From Octopus vulgaris (taxonomy: Eukaryota): a stretch of 64,000 nt of DNA. Within the stretch, counting starts at the first letter, position 1, and each line of letters opens with the position of its first letter. Shown here piece by piece: positions 12,717 through 25,959 of this stretch. A model generated the notes under the pieces. The model saw only the letters and a program-made list of their open reading frames with translations. It made no database searches and was not told the DNA's origin. The translations under genes were made by a program, and so were the position numbers. The DNA lies in contig OX597838.1 of assembly GCA_951406725.2 (NCBI GenBank), positions 28,644,001-28,708,000 of the forward strand, written 5' to 3'.

Positions 12717-13965
12717 GATGTGAGTGCATGTTGCAGTCTGACTTGTCTAGCCCTTTCAAGCAGTCCAACCCATGCCAACATGGAATCCATTTGTTAAATG
12801 AGGATTATATATAGCAGTGGTTTTTCAGTTTTCATTTACCAAATTCATTTACAAAGCATTGGTCAGCTGTCATAGAAGATACTTTCTGGCCATGTTACTC
12901 GGTGGTACTGAGCCCAAAGCTATGTATTTGTGAAGTGAACTTCATTGTCACACAGACATGCTTTCATTTATTACGCGCATACATGTATACACATCTTTTT
13001 ACACTAAGCCTGCAATGTAAACAGGCATTGTAATTATGTTATTGTTTCTTTTTCTCTTACTTCTCGTATTACTTTTCTCTCTCTTTCATAGAAGGTATTA
13101 CCTGAAACATTAAATGCTCTTCTATTCGTTTCATTGGAATATTTATATTCACCATACACATTCTTCGATTTTTGTTTTGTTTCATATTTCTGTACTTTTT
13201 CTACCACGTTTTATTCATCTAACTTCACATATTATTTGTCTCCTTACTTCAAATTGCCCTTCTTTTACTTGTGTTTTTCATATACTTATGTGTGTGTATG
13301 AATATATATATATAAATGTATATCTTCACATGTAAAAACCCCCCAGCACACCCTATAAAGTGGTCGGTGTTAGAAAGGGCATCCAGTTGTAGAAGTCATA
13401 CCAAATCAGACTGGAGTTTGGTGCAGCTCTCCAGTTTGCTAGCTCTGGTTAAACTGGCCAACTCATGCAAGCATGGACAATGGGTGTTAAATGATGATGA
13501 TATTCCAAACTATTTTTTGGCCATGTAACAACACGTGCTTTTCTCTGGACTATCTGCTCCCTCCTTTTCCTCCTTTCAGGACGTTTTCCTCTTTCTGACA
13601 GAGAGCCATGCTCAAAACATTATTTCCACTGTTGTTTTTTCCTGTTCTTTATCTTTAATTTCCTTATATATACTTATATATAATAAAATCTCCTGTCATT
13701 AGATGGCATATGAGAGTTTGACAGTTTCTTACCAAACAACCACACAGATGATTTGTTTATAGTGATCAAATGTTTGTGTAGACATAAGCTCACTCCCTCC
13801 ATCAAATTGACATTACCTGTACAGGTGCAACTGGGTGCCACATGTCAGATGTCGAAATGATTGCTTAGCAATGTGAAATGAAGTGCTTTGCTCAAGAACA
13901 CAGTGCCCGGTCTGGTAATCAAACCCACAATCTTGCAATCATAAGTGCAACACCCTAACTACTAA

Positions 13966-13997
<32 letters not shown>

Positions 13998-14343
13998 CTG
14001 TTGCGGCCAAAATGTTCAGAACGGCATTGTTTTCATCAGAAAAGTAAGTATAAGTTTTTATCAAAGTTGTTTTATATTCTATAATTTTCACAGACAATAA
14101 ATACGATATTACTTGTTATTGTCTGCGATTTTGGTGTTTTGCACCATGGGTTTTGCAGTAAATCACTAAATCATCCATAACTTTTGTATTACCCTCTCAA
14201 ATTACACCAAAATCTCAGACAATAACAAATAATATTGTATTTATTGTCTGTGAAAATTATAGAATATAAAACAACTTTGATAAAAACTTATACTTACTTT
14301 CCTGGCGAAAACAATGCCGTTCTGAACATTTTGGCCGCAACTG
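13998..14343. mobile_element. Tc1/mariner-type MITE
   Basis: About 140-bp inverted repeats C(T/A)GTTGCGGCCAAAATGTTCAGAACGGCATTG..., flanked by TA. Confidence 0.9.
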
Positions 14344-14462
14344 TATATAGTATAAATTATGTGTACAAATTTTCTTAATCCAGTCTGTTTTCGGTTAGTT
14401 GTTAATTAACTACTGTACTGAATGGTATTATTATGGTTATCTTTAACATGATACAATAAAGT

Positions 14463-14559
14463 GTTCCCTGAGGATCTGCTGTGGTTGAGCATCTATATGC
14501 ACTTAGAGCATCTATTGCAGGGCTCCAAACAACCATGATGGTGAAACACATATAGGAAC
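14463..14559 (+). ncRNA. Degenerate hammerhead-like motif
   Basis: guucc CUGAGGA ...ugugguug/caaccaug... GAAAC acau AUA ggaac. Stem I GUUCC/GGAAC is perfect; stem III is mutated. Confidence 0.5.
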
Positions 14560-14769
14560 CTTTATATAAAAGCAGTGTTTGTCCTTATTTTTCCTATGTA
14601 TATATGTATGTATGTGTGTGTGTGTAAATATCATCATCATAATTTATAAACTGTTTTCCATGCTGGTATGAGTTGGACAATATATATATATATATATACA
14701 TATAAATTTTTTTTTCGTAATGAGATAAAAAAACCAAGGCTGTGTAGATTTTAGAACATTTATAGATAG

Positions 14770-14817
14770 GTCTTACAGCTGTTTCCAGGATATTTATTAT
14801 ATCCCTTCATCGGAGAC
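14770..14817 (-). ncRNA. Minimal type I hammerhead ribozyme-like motif
   Basis: Minus strand reads gucu CCGAUGA a gggauau-aauaa-auauccu g GAAAC agcu GUA agac. Stem III is the palindrome ACAGCUGU and stem I is GUCU/AGAC. Confidence 0.7.
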
Positions 14818-15483
14818 GGTGTGAGAGGATGGTTAAGAAATAGTTAATTTAGATAAGATACAAAATAGCGAGTGAGGTGGAGGAGAGAAAATAGATGTGA
14901 GATGTGTAGGGATATTGTATTTGTAGACCCTTTTTTTTTTAGGCAGAATGGTATACATATAAGATTCCAGAGGGGTTATCAATCTGAGCAAAATACTTCG
15001 TAAGCTCTTTGTTGGTACAACAGGCTAACAATAATGTTTCGATTATTGAAGAACTCCAGCTATTCTTATGGCAGGGCCCAAGGTTACGGTTCATCGTGGT
15101 TCTATATTGTAAATCCGTGGTTGGGCTCCAGACAAACTGGTTTTTACACAGAGTGATATATGAAACAAGTTATAAATAATGGTCATGACATATTTTTCCT
15201 TTATCAAAATAAATTTGGCTTACAGTTGTTTCCAGTAGTCATTATAAGCATGTTACTTATAGGTTTACTCACTTGGTCTATTGGTCAATTGAGGTCATTC
15301 AATTTTTCTCGGCTGGTCAATAGACAAATTGAGTGAACCTATGAGTAATGTACCTATAATGATTACTGGTAACAGCTGTGAGCCAAAAGGAAAATATGTA
15401 ATGTCCATTATTTATACCTTGTCGCCATGATAGATCGTTAGCTCCTACATGCATTTTTTTCTCTCCTTGTTTTTTTCTGTGTA

Positions 15484-15521
15484 TCTTTCTGTCGAAGAGT
15501 GTAGGCTCGAAACGTAAAAGA
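15484..15521 (+). ncRNA. Minimal hammerhead-like motif with variant core
   Basis: ucuuu CUGUCGA a gagu-guag-gcuc GAAAC GUA aaaga. Stem I is 5 bp and stem III is a zero-loop ACGU palindrome. Confidence 0.55.
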
Positions 15522-16818
15522 CTTTTTCTATTTCTATTCCTGAGCGCTATACTAATACATTTGTTTGTTTGTACTCCACCTGCCTTCGTCTTTTGTTTAT
15601 TTTCATAAAGCTTCCCGTTATATATATATATATACACACACGTATATTAAGGCTCAGTAGGCATGTCTGTGTGGTTTAAGAAGTTCACTTTGCAGCCATG
15701 TTGTTTCGCATCCCATTCCACTGTGTGAAACCTCAGGCCTGTGTCATCAGCTACAGCCCTAGGCCAACCAATGCATTGTTATTGAATTTGGTAGATACTG
15801 TACAAATCCCATGGTATGTATAGACAGATATGTCTATATATATATATATATGTATGTATGTATGTATGTGTGTATATATATATATAAATGTATGTATATA
15901 GATGAATAGATAGATACATACACATGTATGTATATATTAGTATGCATGTTTATGTGTGTGTATGGGCTTGTGTGTCTGTGTTTGTCCCCCCACCATCACT
16001 TGACAACTGATGTTGGTGTGTTTACGTCACTGTAACTTAGCAGTTCAGCAAAAGAGACCAGTAGAATAAGTATTAGGCTTATAAAGAATAAGTTCCGGGG
16101 TTGATTTGCTCGACTAAAGGCAGTACTCCAGCATGGCCGCAATCAAATGACTGAAACAAGTGAAAGAATAAAGAGAATATACACATACTAATACATAGAA
16201 CAGACCCCCTATGATTTCCATTAACCAATCCTACGCAGTGGCAATGAACTTGAGACCATGTGGTTGCAATGTAAACCTCTTAATCATATGACCATACCTG
16301 TGCCAGCTATATCACTATCATCATCATCATCATCTGCTTTTCATGCAAGCATGGGTTGGATGGTTTGACATGGGGCTGGTTAGCAGAGCACTGTCCAGAC
16401 TCCAATTGTCTGTTATGGCGTGGTTTCTTATAACTGGATGCCCTTCCTAATGCCAACCACTCATCAGAATGTGCTGGGTGCTTTTAATGTGCCACCGGCA
16501 CGGGTGTGTTTATGCAGCACCAGCACTGTCCCTTTTTATGTGGCACCGGCACCTAAAAGGATAAGCCTGTGTGTGTATGGAAGACAGTGATTTTACTTAG
16601 CTTGACATGTCTCAAGTTCAGAAAATCATCACATCTCCTGGTCCCTTGTCATTTCCTCAATGAGGCCCAGCGTCCGAAGATCCTTTCTCACCACTTTCTC
16701 TCATGTCTTCCTTTAGTGCTTATTGTCACTACACATTTGCCACACACAAAGACTATATAATCTCCTTTAACCTCCCTGTGATACTGCTACACTTCTTGTG
16801 TGTCCAAAGCTTGCACTA

Positions 16819-17271
16819 CAATAATCCCTCGACTATCAGGGGTGTTACATTCCAAAAACCCCGCGAAGTAGAAACAGTACTGTATATTTTTTTTATTATT
16901 TGTATAATTTATATATATTTTGTTGTGTCTAGGGAGAGTCATTCTCCTTTTGTGCCTTATAATTTAAAACACTCACTGGTAAAATTTCCACTTATTTCTT
17001 ATTTTTATTTTCCTAAAATGTTCGTTGTGTCTTGCAACCTTTTCAGTAAGTGGAAATTTTACTGGTGAGTATGTTAAGGCACAAAAAGAAAATGACTTTC
17101 CCCAGACACAACAGAATATGCTTCAAAACACAAACTCACATGAAGAATCTTGCAAACCAAATCCAAAAACGAAAAATTATATATATTTATTTTATTATAA
17201 ATGTAAAACAACACCACAGAAGAATCAACATAAGCTTAAATATTAAACTGTGATATGGTGAGGGATTACTG
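16819..17271. mobile_element. pogo/Tigger-like MITE
   Basis: Ends CAATAATCCCTCG / GAGGGATTACTG with TA on both sides. Confidence 0.7.
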
Positions 17272-18530
17272 TATACGTATGTGTGTGTATCTCCTTATCT
17301 TGACATTATGTGTTGTAAACGAGTGTCACTGTTATAGATGCAGTGTCATTTATTTGCAGTATTCTGCAAAAAATATGTCTGGCTGTGGGGAAGTATTACT
17401 CTTGCTTGGAAACAGGTGAAGGTTGGCAACAGTAAAAGCATCCAACTGTAGAAAATCCACCACACTAAACTCTGTCCAACCCATGCAACTATAAGAAAGT
17501 AGACATTAAGATGATGATGATGATGATGATAATGATTATGACAATGATGGTGGTGGTAATAATGATGATGATTTGTGTAAATAAGGAACATCTTAGGAAC
17601 TTATAAAATAAGAGTTAAATTTTTCCCTTTTTAAGGATTTTTTTTTTTTCGTATTCATCCTTTCTGTTCAATTTGCAACAATGGCATTTCCCAAACCCAT
17701 TAACATTTCAAGACCTTTACAATCCCCATTATCAGAATAGAGAGACAGTAACACCGGCTTGTTGATCTCACACTTTGCAGTAAGATCACAAAGGATTATA
17801 GGAACACTGTTATAATAATTTAGAAAATGGTGGATTTAAAAATTATGCAATATTATGTCCTAGTGGATTTCGTGATTTGTTGTACTTGTGATGTATCTGT
17901 TGGGTTTTGGTTTGTATTTTGCTTCTAGTAATGTTTCCATAGTTATTCAATTACTTGTGTATTTTTTTTTTTGTATAATTTGTAATTATATATAAAAATG
18001 CAGTGATGTCAGCTTGTATTATTCTATCTCCGGTATTATTTTGTGTTTTGTATTATACCTTGTGTGTGTGTGTGTGCATACATATATAAATGTATTTATA
18101 AATATGTGTATATGTATCTGTGTAGATCAGCACCAGAAAGTGAGGGCAATGAATGGTGAGAGTGAATTATAAAAGGAGAAAGGGGGAACATAGAGTGTGT
18201 AGTGATAGAATTTACGAGGCCTGTGTAGATCTGATGTGTTCCCTTTTGGATTTACCTCAAGATGAAAGAGCTAAGGGCGAGCAGGTTGAAGATAAACCCA
18301 ATCACATCCCTAGTTACACTAGAAGCAAAATATGGTGGACTAGAGGGAGCCACTGATATGCTTTGTCATGCTGACAGTGTTGTACTGTGAGGGTAAAAAG
18401 GGGAGAATGATTGTGAGATGAATTTGTTGGGGCATGGGTGATAGGGAGACAAGTGATCAGTGTATTAAAGGGATAAAGAGAGTGTTGAAGAGGTGGCAGC
18501 AGCTGTAAACTTGACATGTATGTGTGTGTG

Positions 18531-18575
<45 letters not shown>

Positions 18576-19731
18576 GTCTCAAGAGTAACAAAGGGTACTG
18601 ACTAGCACCACTATTGCTAGAAAGAAGAGTTAAACAACTCGAAAGCCACTTCCCCTTGTCAGTCATTAAGATAGTGCTTTGTGGCTTTTTGAGTTAACTC
18701 TTCTTTCTAGCAATAGTGGTGCTAGCATGAAGGTGCATGGCTTAGTGGTTAGGGCATCTGGCTCACGATCGTAAGGTCATGAGTTCAATTCCAGGCGATG
18801 CGTTGTGTCCTTGAGCAAGACCTCATTGTTTCACGTTGCTCCAGTCCACTTAGCTGGCAAAAATGAGTGGTACCTGTATTTCAAAGGGGGACAGCCTTGT
18901 CACACTCTTGTGGGGTGCTCTATCACTTGCATGTTAATTTCACGAGCAAGCTGTTCCGTTGATCAGATCAGCTGGGACCCTCGTCATAACCGAAAAAGTA
19001 CTCCTCTTAGTGGTGCTGTCACTTTTGTGACCGCTATCAATTTTGCCTTTAGGTTCAAATTACTAATAAGCCACCCATTTAATTTGTTATATAATTTAAA
19101 AAAGAGCAACACAATTAATCAAGGCAGGACAAGCTTATCAATTCGTTTAAATTAGTTTAATGCTGAAACAAAGTAAATAAAAATATTTTTACTTTCACTT
19201 ACTTCGCTTCGGCATCAGATGAACTGATAAGCTTGGCCTGCCTTGATTGTGTTCCTCTTCTTTAAATTATGCCTACTGACTCGAAGGTAGGTTCTCTCCC
19301 AACTGGACAGTGGCTAGCATAACTCCAGCCCCTGTCTGATCTTGAATCCTAGTAGCTTATCAATTAGAGCACTCAGACCACATAACTATTAGTTTAGGTT
19401 ACCAGTGACCTAAACACTTCATCTTCTGCATTTATATATATATATATTTATATATATATATATATATATACATACATACACAAGAGTAAACAAGAGAGAC
19501 AGAGAAAGGCAGAAACAAGTAAAATGCCACTTATATTTGAACACTATACAAATATTCTTTTAAAAAAACGTTTCTTTTAATTTTTCTAAATTTAATTATT
19601 TAATTGTTACAGTTGAAAAGGTCTCAATGACTGAAATCGGTACTGAAATGTTCTTTATAAAATTATTTTAGCATTTTCTATCCTGACTTGTTTTTTCGTA
19701 TATATCAACTCGTGTGTTCCTTTTCATCCTT

Positions 19732-19789
<58 letters not shown>

Positions 19790-19791
<2 letters not shown>

Positions 19792-20276
19792 TAGCAGTAT
19801 CGCCCGGCGTTGCTCGGGTTTGTAAGGGAAATAACTATATAAGCATTTTTAGAGAGTTACTTCCCTTATAGATGCCATTTCTGTTTTGGTGTCTTCAAGC
19901 CATGAAGTCGTTGTTCTAAAAGAACGCTGGTCTCCTTGACAACGCTTTACGACATTGATTTCCTTACACTCCCTTCCCCACAGCTTCACGAGGGAGGGAA
20001 GAAGGGGGAGAAGCAAACAGGTGCAGGTGTGACCATGAACACCAACTCCGCCGCCATCGACACACGAAAAATTATGCATTAAAATGGAATAAAAAATGAT
20101 GTTAAATTATTTTTAAAATCGTAGACTCATCGTAGAAGCGCGCTAATAGCCAGACGGGCTCGATATGAATTACGACTATAAGATACCCGAATTTGGTTAA
20201 ACTGCACCGCAAAATGTGGGAGTAGTTAGGAATCTAAATCGAAGGGGACAGACACTCACACAACTACAGTTTTATA
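19790..20276 (+). mobile_element. Helentron/HINE-like non-autonomous rolling-circle element
   Basis: Starts ACTAGCAGTATCGCCCGGCGTTGCTCGGG (subterminal hairpin) and ends ...gacagacactcacacaactacagttttatata. Inserted in (TA)n, with CpG retained. Confidence 0.6.
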
Positions 20277-20618
20277 TATATATATATGTTAATATCAAAC
20301 AGTGCAAATGAGTGCTCTACACTGCATTGTTGGATAAATATTCTTTATCTAACCAAGGCTACCACTGGTTTCATGCCACCATAAATCTCTCAACAATTAT
20401 CAAGCCAGCCACATGGAATGTTGGTGTTCACTGGATCCAGAATACAAGATGGAGATGAGTTCTGTTTCATGTGGCAGGCTTGGTAATTGTTGAAAGATTT
20501 GTCATGGCATGAAACCATTGGTAGTTTTGTTAACTCACAAATAAAGTATGTATGTATGTGTATGTATATATATGTTTATATTCATACATGCACACACACA
20601 CACACATACATGTGTATA

Positions 20619-20792
20619 CAGAGTGTTCATAAATTACCTTTACAGTTTGAAAAAAATGAAAGCTAAAGGACAACTCAACAGAGTTTATTGCAAAGCAATC
20701 TTTTATTAGAAACTTCCACATGGGCTCTATTGGTTGCATTTAAATGATAGAATAAATTGTGCAACTTGTACTGATAATTTATGAACGCCCTG
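20619..20792. mobile_element. Tc1/mariner-type MITE
   Basis: TIRs CAGAGTGTTCATAAATTA / TAATTTATGAACGCCCTG with TA flanks. Confidence 0.75.
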
Positions 20793-20889
20793 TATATATA
20801 CACCCACACACATATATCCAGTTCAGTTTCTTCTTTCAACTTGGGCAGCAAGTTGACACCTGGTTTTCTCTGCATCCAGCCTTGTGGTG

Positions 20890-21095
20890 TTGGTCTCCCT
20901 CATGTCAATTATGGATGTTCTGTATCATGTGGTTTTTTTGGTCTTCATCTCTTTCTTTTCCCCTCCAGTGGTGTCCATTTGAAAGCTATTTAGAATTGCA
21001 TTAATCTGGTAGCTGGAATAAGTCTCCTGTTAGTTTTGATTCTTTGTTCTGCGATGATTTTGCTAAGTGGTCTTGTGTCAACTCTCTTTACACGC
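20890..21095 (-). mobile_element. Degenerate RTE-clade LINE fragment
   Basis: Translation ...IAFKWTPLEGKRKR*RPKK... matches the RTE C-terminal W.P.GKR.RGRP motif. Confidence 0.6.
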
Positions 21096-22489
21096 TCACA
21101 CACACACACACAGACCATTTTTAAAGCTATTTCTATAGGTTTTCTATAGCATTGACTTATAAACCTTTGATATACTTGGTAGTATATATCAGTAATGAAA
21201 TACTGTGTTCCCACCAGTAATTAATTCATACATATATATATATATATATATATACACACAGTTTTAACAGCTATTTCACCATGTATACAGGGTCAGGCAG
21301 GTCACAAATTAGTGTGACCCCTTGTCATCTCTTCCACTGGATGCAGCAACTGATCAGTTTCATTGCTTCATCCCAAGTCTCCTCTTCCACACACACACAC
21401 ACATACATTCTCACTCCCCCCCCCCCACACACACACACATACACAGGTGCAGGTGTGACTGTGTGGTTGACAGTTTGCTTCCCAGCCACATGGTTTCATG
21501 TTTGGTCTCACTACATGGTGTCATAGGTTGGTGTCTTCAGCTATAACCTTGGGCTGCCCAAGGCCTTATGAAGGGATTTGGTGGGCAGAAACTGAATGAA
21601 GCCCATCCTGTGTGTGTGCATGTATATTTATGTCTTCTTCTCTTAACATCCTATGGTAGTTGTAAATGAGTGTCACTGTCATAAGCAGTGTCATTCATTT
21701 CCAGTATTCAATGAAAACATATCTGGTCATGGGGGGGAAATATTAAATTGCTTGAAAACAGGTGAGGGTTAGTGATGGGAACAGCATCTGGCTAAAGAAG
21801 ATCTACCTCAATAAATTCTAAATGACCTGTGCAAACATGGAAAAGTGGACATTACAGCAATAAGATACATGCTTCATCTTGTTGGATGAGAGTATCTCAT
21901 TCATGAGACATCTGTACATCATTGTATGTATATGTGTGTGTGTGTGTGTGTGTATTTATATATAAAATTATAATTTAGGGTATCTAAGAGATACCACCAC
22001 GCCTGAAATAGCAGCCAAAAATTGACTCTAAAACCACATTAAAAGTTCATACAGCACCAGGAGAAAAGACAAAAAGACAAAATAAACTAGCAAAAAAATT
22101 ACTGGATTTCTGACTTTGCCTTCATCAGTGGAATATATATATGTATATATATATATATACACACTCACACACACACATAACCTGAGAATTGCTTCTTCAT
22201 CATGTCAAATGACAGCTGTCTCATCATAAGACATCTGTACATCATTGTATTATAGTGACATATTCTTGTATGGCACATACACCTCTCTCTCTCACTCTCG
22301 CTCTTACAATATCCATAATTAAATATTCTGTAGCCAGCAAAATTAAGATGACTGGAAACGATTTCAGCTGCTGCTTTTCTATCTGAAGGCCTTCTACACC
22401 TTTCCAGTTCAAGGATGCTCACAAATCTTTTAGGGGTTGGGATTTAGTTTTATTTCTTAAAATTGTTTTACTGCTTGTCCAGATAAAAA

Positions 22490-22528
<39 letters not shown>

Positions 22529-23068
22529 CGTATATGTGTACATACATGCATTTACATTTATTTTTAAAAGGAAAATATAAAATATTGACAGTGTCTTTAA
22601 AGTTTTGATGGTTGTTCACTTCATCAACCTGAAATGTTTTTAATTTTCCAAACCTTTTTTTTATATTTTTTAGTTCATCTTGTGGGTGGGGGTTTAGTGG
22701 TTGCAATGTAAGTGTAGTTCAAAAATTATATTTTTTTGACGTGGATATAATTAAGTTAATATATATGCTGATTAAATTGAAATTTAGATTGTTTTCAAGA
22801 GATGTACATAAGGAGAGAGAAAAAGAAGAATAAAAAGAGAAAAAAATTGAGTAATAGGGAAAAGGCAAAAAAGGGACAGAAAAATTCTTGAGTGGTAGTT
22901 TGGTGGGTGTATGAGTTTGCTCTGATAAATTGTTGCAAGTTGGGCTATATATGTTGGTATGTGTTTATATATACAATTATTTGGGTGTAATTTTAAATTT
23001 GATGATGTATATATATATACACACACACATACATACATACATACATACATACATAAATATAAATATAT

Positions 23069-23670
23069 CTCCTCTTACCATTACGATTCTACAATTTAAA
23101 TTCCCAATTCAACTTACTTTCTTCTTCAATTTCAACTCCCGATCGATGTCCGCAGCAAGTTCTTAAAAATTTATCTTAATATTTCTATTCGTTGTTACTA
23201 CGTTTATTCATACATTGTTACGAAAATTTAACCTTTTAAGGCTACTTTCAAGCCTTCGCCATAACTTGATTTATCTTTCTATCTCTCTCTCTACAAAATT
23301 TAACCTTAGGCTAGGCTACCTCAAGCCGTAATCCCATCTCTTCCCATCTTTCAGCCATTGGCGGTCTTTTTTCCTCCTCTTACCATTACGATTCTACAAT
23401 TTAAATTCCCAATTCAACTTACTTTCTTCTTCAATTTCAACTCCCGATCGATGTCCGCAGCAAGTTCTTAAAAATTTATCTTAATATTTCTATTCGTTGT
23501 TACTACGTTTATTCATACATTGTTACGAAAATTTAACCTTTTAAGGCTACTTTCAAGCCTTCGCCATAACTTGATTTATCTTTCTATCTCTCTCTCTACA
23601 AAATTTAACCTTAGGCTAGGCTACCTCAAGCCGTAATCCCATCTCTTCCCATCTTTCAGCCATTGGCGGT
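23069..23670. repeat. Two apparently identical 297-bp direct repeats (period 305)
   Basis: Copies at 23069-23365 and 23374-23670, each ctcctcttaccattacgattctac...cattggcggt. Confidence 0.95.
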
Positions 23671-25416
23671 GCGCCCGCCCCCCACCCCCACCACCAATAC
23701 CGATGAACACTGTTCTCACCCCCACCACCAATACCGGTGAACACTGTTCTCACCGCCAACACCACCAATACCGGTGAACACTGTTCCTCACCCCCCACCA
23801 CCAATACCAGTATACCCTGTCCTCACCATCTACACCGGATACGCCTTACTCATCTACACCGGGTACGCCCTACTCCCTCCTCCTCCCCCCACTACCCCTT
23901 CTCCTCATATGCTTTCACTGTGAAAAGACAAGCTGCTAGCGCCATAGCTCATCAACTGCCCACCGATCTTACGCTTCCTCCTGACACTGCCTCATTCCGA
24001 CTATCCCCCTTTAGCACCCTCCCGCCTCGTAATATCCTACGTTTTTATTTCTTAGGAACCTACAACAACCCTTCCTGCCATCAACAACCCTTCCTGCCAT
24101 CGTTCCTCCTTACCCCAACCTTCCCCACTGGTTGCTCCCCTATATTACCCACCTCAACTGGACCCCCCTCCCCAACTCAACTCTAGAATATCTGTATTCT
24201 TTCCTCTACCTAATAACGTTACTCAGTGACGATAACGAATGTCTTTATTTCTTAGGAACCTACACCAACCCTTCCTGCCATCGTTCCTCCTTACCCCAAC
24301 CTTCCCCACTGGTTGCTCTCCTATATTACCCGCCTCAACTGGACCTCCCCCTCCCCAACTCAACTCTAGAATATCTGTATTTCTTTCCTCTACCTAATTA
24401 CGTTACTCAGTGACGATAAATGCTGTGACTACAAAGACCCGGGCTGCTTTCTGCAGCAATTCCACATACCCCCTACTCATTCTAAGTACCCCGGATCCCC
24501 AAAGTACCCTGGATCCCCAAAGTACCCCGGACCTCGTTGCCCCCGTGCCGCTGACACGTTAAAATGCTCGAACCGATCGTGACGATGCCGGACCCTCCGG
24601 CCCCTGTGCAGGTGGCACGTAAAAAGCACCCAATCCACTCACGGAGTGGTTGGCGTTAGGAAGGGCATCCAGCCGTAGAAACTCTGCCAGATTCAGACTG
24701 GAGCCTGGTGCGGCCCCTGGCTTCCCAGACCCGGTCAAACCGTCCAACCCGTGCTAGCGCGGAAAGCGGACGTTAAACGATGATGATGATGATGATGATG
24801 ATATATATATATATGTGTGTGTGACTGGTTTCTTTCAGTTTCCATCTATCAAATCCACTCACAAGGCTTTGGTCAGCCCGAAGCTATAGTAGAAGACATT
24901 TACCCAAGGTGCCACGCGGTGGGATTGAACCCAGAACCATGTGGTTGGTAAGCAAGCTACTTACCACACAGCCACTCCTTCACCTATGTATATGTTCATT
25001 TGGTTTGTCATTTTTGTATGTCTCTTTTTTTTTCTTTCTTTTTCATATGTTAGTGCATGTATAGAGATGTGCTCAGTGGTTTATTATCCACCTGTCCTTA
25101 TGTGCTTCATCTTTGATATAAGCCTGGACTTATGACCTTTAATTTAAATGTTTATGAAAAATTACTTCCCAAAAATGGTGAGGACTTATATAAACGAATT
25201 ACATTAGACCTTGGAACACAATTAGTCATGTTTCTGCTTACTGATAACACAATTCCCAACTCATATTCTAATCTTAACAAAGATTTTTACAGGAATTTAA
25301 CCCTTTAGCACTTAAACTAGCCGTATGCAGTCTAAATGTTCTACCTGTTTTATGTTCAAACTGGCCAAATCTGGCCTCTTAAACCAATTCTATCATAATC
25401 ATTCTAAAAATAAACA

Positions 25417-25805
25417 GGCGCAGGAGTGGCTGTGTGGTAAGTAGCTTGCTAACCAGCCACATGGTTCCGGGTTCAGTCCCACTGCGTGGCATCTTGGGCA
25501 AGTGTCTTCTGCTATAGCCCCGGGCCTACCAATGCCTTGTGAGTGGATTTGGTAGATGGAAACTGGAAGAAGCCCGTCGTATATATGTATATATATATGT
25601 GTTTGTGTGTCTGTGTTTGTCCCCCTAGCATTGCTTGACAACCGATGCTGGTGTGTTTATGTTCCCGTTACTTAGCGGTTCGGCATAAGAGACCGATAGA
25701 ATAAGTACTGGGCTTACAAAGAATAAGTCCCGGGGTCGATTTGCTCGACTAAAGGCGGTGCTCTAGCATAGCCGAAGTCAAATGACTGAAACAGGTAAAA
25801 GAGAG
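25417..25805 (+). mobile_element. tRNA-derived SINE family A (young, high identity, internal (TA)n/(TG)n)
   Basis: Box A TGGCTGTGTGG, box B GGTTCAGTCCC, 3' end cagtcaaatgactgaaaca(a/g)gtaaaagag. + copies at ~31652-32035, 33100-33628, 35575-35970, 37310-37708, 49561-49968 and 52032-52448. - copies at ~32578-32902, 36345-36740, 39602-39993 and 48040-48417. Confidence 0.9.
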
Positions 25806-25959
25806 AGAGTCACATTGTCAAAATCTCAGTTATGAAGTCATGCAAGATAAAGGTTTTTATGCCTAAACATGACTGTAAAATGCTGTGAAATTTTTGGCAA
25901 CACTTGGTATTTTTCGATGTTTGAAGTGGAGATTGATTTGTTTTGGAATTACTGATATG

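Noticed and set aside
18125-18520. Possible Penelope GIY-YIG C-terminal remnant on the minus strand (ILSLHTL)
   Set aside because: The similarity rests on a few residues amid stop codons and needs BLASTX/HMM confirmation.
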